A stretch of DNA of 13,172 bases from a bacterium (GTDB lineage: Bacteria; Sysuimicrobiota; Sysuimicrobiia; Sysuimicrobiales; Segetimicrobiaceae), in assembly GCA_036275835.1 (NCBI GenBank), contig DASUDA010000164.1, positions 1-13,172 of the forward strand, in the 5' to 3' direction. Position numbers and translations under genes: made by a program. Shown here piece by piece: positions 8,895-13,172 of this stretch (the first letter of the stretch is position 1; every line of letters begins with the position of its first letter). The notes beneath the pieces are model-generated. The model saw only the letters and a list, made by a program, of their open reading frames with translations. It was not told the DNA's origin and searched no databases.

Positions 8895-10565
8895 GTGCTC
8901 ACCCAGGAGCTGCGGCAGCTCCTCGAGGCGTTGGTCGAGCGGGCGGTGGCGGCGGGTGACCTCCCCGCCCCGCCGCGCCCGATGCCGGAGTTTGAGGTTG
9001 AGCCTCCGCGGGATCCCCGGCACGGCGACTACGCGACGAACCTGGCGCTGGTGCTCGCCCGCTCCGTCGGCCGTCCGCCGCGGGAGGTAGGCGCCGCTCT
9101 CCTCCGGCACCTCGTCGTCCCCACCGACCTGCTCCGCGGCGCGGAGATGGCCGGCCCGGGGTTTATCAACCTCGCGCTCGCCCCCGCGGCCGTTCACCGC
9201 TGGCTGCGGCGCGTTCACGCCCAGGACCGCCACTTCGGCGGCACCGACGTGGGGGGCGGCCGCCGCGTGCTCGTGGAGTACGTGAGCGCGAACCCGACCG
9301 GGCCCCTGCATGTGGGCACGGGCCGCAACGGCGCCGTGGGGGAGACCATCGCGCGTCTTCTTTCCGCGCTTGGGTATCAGGTCTCCCGCGAGTACTACGT
9401 GAACGACTATGGGGGTCAGGTGGAGATCCTCGCCCGGTCCGTCGAGGCCAGGTATCTCGAGCTCGTGGGGCGCGCCGCGGAGTTTCCCGAGGACGGTTAC
9501 CAGGGGGAGTACGTGTACGAGATCGCCCGCCGGATCCTGGAAGACGACGGAGCGCATTTGGCCGACGGTGATCCGGCGGAGCGCCTGACGCGGATCCAGG
9601 ACCGGGCGGTGCGAATGATGCTGGACGAGATCCGGTCCACGCTGGAGACGTTCGGGATCACCTTTGACACTTGGTTCAGCGAACGCACCCTCCATGAGAG
9701 CGGCGCCGTCCGCGCCTGCCTCGAGGAGATGCGCCGCCGCGACCTGGTGTACGAGCGGGACGGCGCGCTGTGGTTTCGCGCCACCTTGTTCGGCGACGAC
9801 AAAGATCGGGTCATCGTCCGCAGCGATGGGCGGCCGACCTATTTCGCGGCGGACGTGCCCTACCACCTCGACAAGTACGCCCGGGGGTTTGAGCACCTCA
9901 TCGACGTCTGGGGGATGGACCACGTCGGAGACGTTGCGCGCGTGCGCGGGGCGCTCGCGGCGCTCGGCAAGGATCCCGGGACGGTAGAGATCCTCATCCA
10001 CCAGCACGTTCGTCTGCGCAACGAGGGCGAGGTGGTCCGCATGAGCAAGCGGAGCGGCGAGTTCGTGACCCTGCGCGAGGTCATCGACGCGGTGGGACGG
10101 GACGCGGCCCGGTTCTTCTTCATCATGGCAAGCCCGACGGTGCCGATGGATTTCGACTTCGCCCTGGCGCGCCGGCAGTCGGCCGAGAACCCCGTCTACT
10201 ACGTGCAGTACGCGCACGCCCGAATCTGCAGCATCCTCCGCGAAGCCGAGCGGGTCGGCGTTCCCCCGCCCGCGCCGGAGACCGATCTGACCAGGCTGTC
10301 CGCCCCCGAGGAATGGGCGCTCGCCACGCGCGCGATCACCCTCCCGGAGGTCGTGTACGCGGCGGGCTTGGGGCGCGAGCCGCAGCGCCTGTGCGCGTAC
10401 GCCCGCGAGCTGGCCGAGGCGTTTCACGTTTTCTACAGGCAGTGCCGGGTCATCACGGACGATGCGGCCCTCACCGCGGCCCGGCTCGTGCTCGTGGACG
10501 CGGTGCGCCGGGTGCTCAGGAACGCCCTCGATCTGATGGGTGTGGCGGCCGCGGAACGGATGTAA
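8895..10565 (+). CDS. argS: arginine--tRNA ligase
   Basis: The 556-aa product has a class I aaRS HIGH-region variant (NPTGPLHVGTGRN). It also carries a KMSK-like MSKRSG and a C-terminal DALR anticodon-binding domain (YYVQYAHARICSILR). It starts with GTG, and AGGAAG lies upstream. Confidence 0.9.
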   Translation: MLTQELRQLLEALVERAVAAGDLPAPPRPMPEFEVEPPRDPRHGDYATNLALVLARSVGRPPREVGAALLRHLVVPTDLLRGAEMAGPGFINLALAPAAVHRWLRRVHAQDRHFGGTDVGGGRRVLVEYVSANPTGPLHVGTGRNGAVGETIARLLSALGYQVSREYYVNDYGGQVEILARSVEARYLELVGRAAEFPEDGYQGEYVYEIARRILEDDGAHLADGDPAERLTRIQDRAVRMMLDEIRSTLETFGITFDTWFSERTLHESGAVRACLEEMRRRDLVYERDGALWFRATLFGDDKDRVIVRSDGRPTYFAADVPYHLDKYARGFEHLIDVWGMDHVGDVARVRGALAALGKDPGTVEILIHQHVRLRNEGEVVRMSKRSGEFVTLREVIDAVGRDAARFFFIMASPTVPMDFDFALARRQSAENPVYYVQYAHARICSILREAERVGVPPPAPETDLTRLSAPEEWALATRAITLPEVVYAAGLGREPQRLCAYARELAEAFHVFYRQCRVITDDAALTAARLVLVDAVRRVLRNALDLMGVAAAERM

Positions 10566-10856
10566 GCCGGGTCCGGTGGCGCGGCAAAAGGGGAAGAATA
10601 GAAGGGTGCGAGTTGGGTAGAAGGAGAATAGGGTGCGGTGGCGAATACGCGGACGAGATTTCATGGTTTGTCCCGCTCTGATCCGGTTCCGCCCGGTTCG
10701 AGTGCAATCGGGTGGGGTATCGTCTGAGCTTGCGGAGGCCCCGAGCGCGCGTCCGGCCCACCTGGGTTGACATCTCCTCTCGGTGACGTGGTCTCCAGTT
10801 CCCCACCCCACATCCGTGCGCCCGGCATGTGACCGAGACAAGAGAGCAAGGAGGCT

Positions 10857-12128
10857 ATGGTGATGGTGCGACATCTGCGGCCGGTTCTCTCGGGAGCGCT
10901 GGCCGTCTCTGGAATCGTGATGGTGGCGGCCGTGCTCGCCGCCGCGGCCGTGTTCCCAGACATTCAGGGGAACCCCTACCAGCAGGCGATCGAGAAGCTG
11001 GCGGTGACCGGCATTCTGACGGGCTTCCCGGACGGGACGTTCAAGCCTGACCAACCGGTGACGCGGCTCACCGCCGTCGCCGCCCTGGCGAAAGGGCTCG
11101 ATGTGAAAGGCGCCGGCTCCATCCCCGACTATAAAGATCTTGCCGAGATCCCCGAGGATGTCCGGCCGGCGATCGCCGCGCTGCTCAACACGGGCGCGGC
11201 CTCCGAGCAGAAGGTGGAAGTCAAGAAGGGCACCATCGTCTACACGCTCACCACCGATAAGGCGGTGTATGCGATCGACGACGACGTCGATTTGACCTTC
11301 ATGGTCACGAACGCCGGGACGGAAGACGCCAGGTTTGATTTTGCCAGCACCCAGGAATATGACTTCATCATCAGGCAGGGGACGACCGAGGTGGCCAGGT
11401 GGTCGCTGGGGCAGACGTTCGTTCAGGCCCCTCCGAACCAGCCCCTCACCCTCTTCCTGGCCCCCGGGAAGTCGTTCATTTACGCGCAGCGGTGGCGGCA
11501 GCGGGATCAGGACAGTCATCTCGTTCCCCCCGGCGCGTATGAAATCGTCGGCGTCTCCACAGCCAAAGACAACGTGGTCTCCGTGACACTGGAATTTCAG
11601 AAAGGGCTCCTGACGACGTTTCCGGACAACACGTTCCGCCCCGCCGCGCAGGTCAGCCGCGCCGAGTTTTCCGCGCTGATCGTTCGGGCCATGGGGCGGC
11701 AGGGCGAGGCCACGCAGAAGGCCCAATCCCCGCTGTCCATCTCGGATGCCGCGGATGTTCCGGCCCCGCTTCACGGGTACGTGGCCGTGGCCATGGACCA
11801 GAAGATCATGCCTCCGGATCCAACCGGCGCCTTCCGCCCGAACGCGCCGACGACGCGGGCGGAGGCGGCCAGGGCGCTGGCCGCGGTGATGGACGTGCTG
11901 GGGAGGTTCAACTACGTCCGGGGAACCCTGGTGAGCCTCGGCGGCGGCCAGATCGCGGTGACCGGCCCGTCGCAGGCGGTGACGAGTTATGCCCTCGCCC
12001 CGCTGGTCGCGGTGTACCGCAACGCCAAGCCCGCGGCCGCCGAGGACCTCAAGGCCGGCGACCAGATCCTGCTGCTGCTCACGGGGCCGCGCGGCCGGGC
12101 CGGCTACGTCGAGGCGAAGAGCCCGTAG
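10857..12128 (+). CDS. secreted SLH-domain (S-layer homology) cell-wall-anchored protein with BsuPI-like inhibitor-fold domain
   Basis: The 423-aa product has a signal/TM segment (LSGALAVSGIVMVAAVLAAAA). SLH motifs occur at aa ~33-85, ~88-118 plus ~250-283, and ~295-345 (F.D....Y...I..L...GI..G.PDGTF.P....TR.E.A). The central ~130 aa resemble the BsuPI family (..ARFDF.STQEYDFII..G..EVARWSLGQ.F.Q......L.PG.S..Y...W.......VPPGAYE.VG). AAGGAGG sits at 10848-10854, so the second ATG at 10863 (8-nt spacing) may be the real start. Confidence 0.75.
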   Translation: MVMVRHLRPVLSGALAVSGIVMVAAVLAAAAVFPDIQGNPYQQAIEKLAVTGILTGFPDGTFKPDQPVTRLTAVAALAKGLDVKGAGSIPDYKDLAEIPEDVRPAIAALLNTGAASEQKVEVKKGTIVYTLTTDKAVYAIDDDVDLTFMVTNAGTEDARFDFASTQEYDFIIRQGTTEVARWSLGQTFVQAPPNQPLTLFLAPGKSFIYAQRWRQRDQDSHLVPPGAYEIVGVSTAKDNVVSVTLEFQKGLLTTFPDNTFRPAAQVSRAEFSALIVRAMGRQGEATQKAQSPLSISDAADVPAPLHGYVAVAMDQKIMPPDPTGAFRPNAPTTRAEAARALAAVMDVLGRFNYVRGTLVSLGGGQIAVTGPSQAVTSYALAPLVAVYRNAKPAAAEDLKAGDQILLLLTGPRGRAGYVEAKSP

Positions 12129-12164
12129 GCGGCGCAGTGGAAGACGCGGTGGAGGTGGTACGGG

Positions 12165-13172
12165 GTGGCGATCGCAGAGCTTGATACCAAGAGCCTGAAC
12201 GAACTGCAGGACCTGGCTCGGGACCTCAACATCCCCAACTTTCGACGGTTTCGCAAACAGGAGTTGATCATGAAGATTCTGCAGGCCCAGACCGAGCAGA
12301 CCGGGTTGATGTTCCGGTCGGGCATCCTCGAGATCATGCAGGAGGGGTACGGCTTCCTCCGCACGGCCGGCTATCTTCCCGGGCAGGAGGACATCTACGT
12401 CTCGCCGTCCCAGATCAAGCGGTTCGGCCTCCGGGTGGGGGACGAGGTGCTCGGTCAGGTGCGCGCCCCGAAGGACAACGAGAAGTACTACGCGCTGCTG
12501 CGGGTAGAGGCCGTCAACGGGCTCGACCCCGAACAGGCCCGTTCCCGGCCCGATTTCGAGAAGCTGACCCCGGTCTTTCCCCATGAGCGGCTCAAGCTGG
12601 AGTTGCCGCAGAGCGACCTGACGGTGAGGATCGTGGACCTGTTCTCGCCGATCGGCAAGGGGCAGCGGGCCATGATCGTCTCCCCGCCAAAGGCCGGGAA
12701 AACGACTCTGCTGAAGAAAATCGGCCAGAGCATCGTGCAGAACCACCAGGAAGTCTACCTGATGGTCCTGCTCCTCGACGAGCGCCCGGAAGAGGTCACG
12801 GACATGCGCCGGTCGGTGGAAGCGGAGGTGGTCGCGTCCACCTTCGACCGTCCGCCCGAGGAGCACGTGCAGGTCGCCGATCTGGTCCTGGAGCGCGCCA
12901 AGCGGCTCGTCGAGGGGGCCCGGGACGTCGTCGTCCTGCTGGACAGCCTCACGCGGTTCTCCCGGGCCAACAACCTGGTCATTCCCCCGAGCGGGCGCAC
13001 CCTCTCGGGTGGCCTCGATCCGGCCGCCCTGCACCGTCCCAAGCGGTTTTTCGGCGCGGCCAGGAAGATCGAAGAGGGGGGGAGCATCACGATCATCGCC
13101 ACGGCGCTCATCGACACCGGCAGCCGCATGGACGACGTGATTTTCGAAGAGTTCAAGGGCACCGGCAACATG
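12165..13172 (+). CDS. rho: transcription termination factor Rho (3'-truncated by window end)
   Basis: GTG at 12165 follows GGAGGTG (12151-12157). The N-terminal RNA-binding domain is collinear with E. coli Rho ([51 protein letters not shown]). A Walker A motif is present ([12 protein letters not shown]), along with the Q- and R-loop region. There is no actinobacterial-style N-terminal insertion, and no stop before the window end. Confidence 0.9.
   Translation, partial: MAIAELDTKSLNELQDLARDLNIPNFRRFRKQELIMKILQAQTEQTGLMFRSGILEIMQEGYGFLRTAGYLPGQEDIYVSPSQIKRFGLRVGDEVLGQVRAPKDNEKYYALLRVEAVNGLDPEQARSRPDFEKLTPVFPHERLKLELPQSDLTVRIVDLFSPIGKGQRAMIVSPPKAGKTTLLKKIGQSIVQNHQEVYLMVLLLDERPEEVTDMRRSVEAEVVASTFDRPPEEHVQVADLVLERAKRLVEGARDVVVLLDSLTRFSRANNLVIPPSGRTLSGGLDPAALHRPKRFFGAARKIEEGGSITIIATALIDTGSRMDDVIFEEFKGTGNM

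Noticed and set aside
10688-10715. tRNA-like GGTTCGAG T-loop motif (ccGGTTCGAGtgc)
   Set aside because: I could not pair the flanking bases into a T-stem, and there is no acceptor, D or anticodon arm nearby on either strand. I treat it as a chance motif inside the intergenic leader.
10767-10795. TTGACA -35-like hexamer upstream of the SLH gene
   Set aside because: There is no acceptable -10 at 16-18 nt spacing (GGTCTC or TGGTCT only), so I do not call a promoter. It may still contribute to one, and I note it only within the intergenic-region finding.
7779-13034. Giant 1751-aa minus-strand ORF spanning glpX, argS, the 290-bp spacer, the SLH gene and rho
   Set aside because: It is the antisense shadow of four real, homology-supported plus-strand genes that happen to share codon phase. 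Stops on that frame would require the rare sense codons TTA, CTA or TCA. The product is Arg/Gly/Pro low-complexity, and there is no start context.

Overview
This is a GC-rich bacterial chromosomal window, roughly 70% G+C by eye. It is densely packed with housekeeping genes, and I see no mobile elements, CRISPR arrays, rRNA or tRNA genes. Reading left to right, I call these genes:
- A small hypothetical protein, plus strand, 131..406.
- An SPFH/band-7 (stomatin/prohibitin-like) membrane protein, minus strand.
- An M24 Xaa-Pro aminopeptidase/creatinase-family peptidase, plus strand.
- A complete acetyl-CoA carboxylase operon on the minus strand, transcribed accD-accA-accB-accC with overlapping or closely spaced cistrons.
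- A divergent promoter region around 6560..6650, with an extended -10 (TGcTATAAT) facing rightward and a TTGCCG-17-TATAAT facing leftward.
- An HtrA/DegP-family serine protease with a PDZ domain, plus strand.
- The class II fructose-1,6-bisphosphatase GlpX, plus strand.
- Arginyl-tRNA synthetase, plus strand.
- A 290-bp intergenic region containing purine-rich direct repeats.
- A secreted, SLH-domain cell-wall-anchored protein carrying a BsuPI-like (intracellular proteinase inhibitor fold) domain, plus strand.
- The 5' two-thirds of transcription termination factor Rho, starting only 36 bp downstream of the SLH gene and running off the window end.

Strong GGAGG-type Shine-Dalgarno sites are common, and GTG starts are frequent.

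I do not find a novel multi-gene system here. The most conspicuous candidate, a 1751-aa minus-strand ORF at 7779..13034, is a codon-bias artefact (see findings).

The observations that do merit follow-up are these:
- an SLH protein whose second SLH repeat appears split by an inserted BsuPI-like domain;
- rho lacking any leader;
- a repeat-bearing, C-depleted 290-bp leader or sRNA candidate;
- a likely mis-start of accD that would swallow its own promoter.
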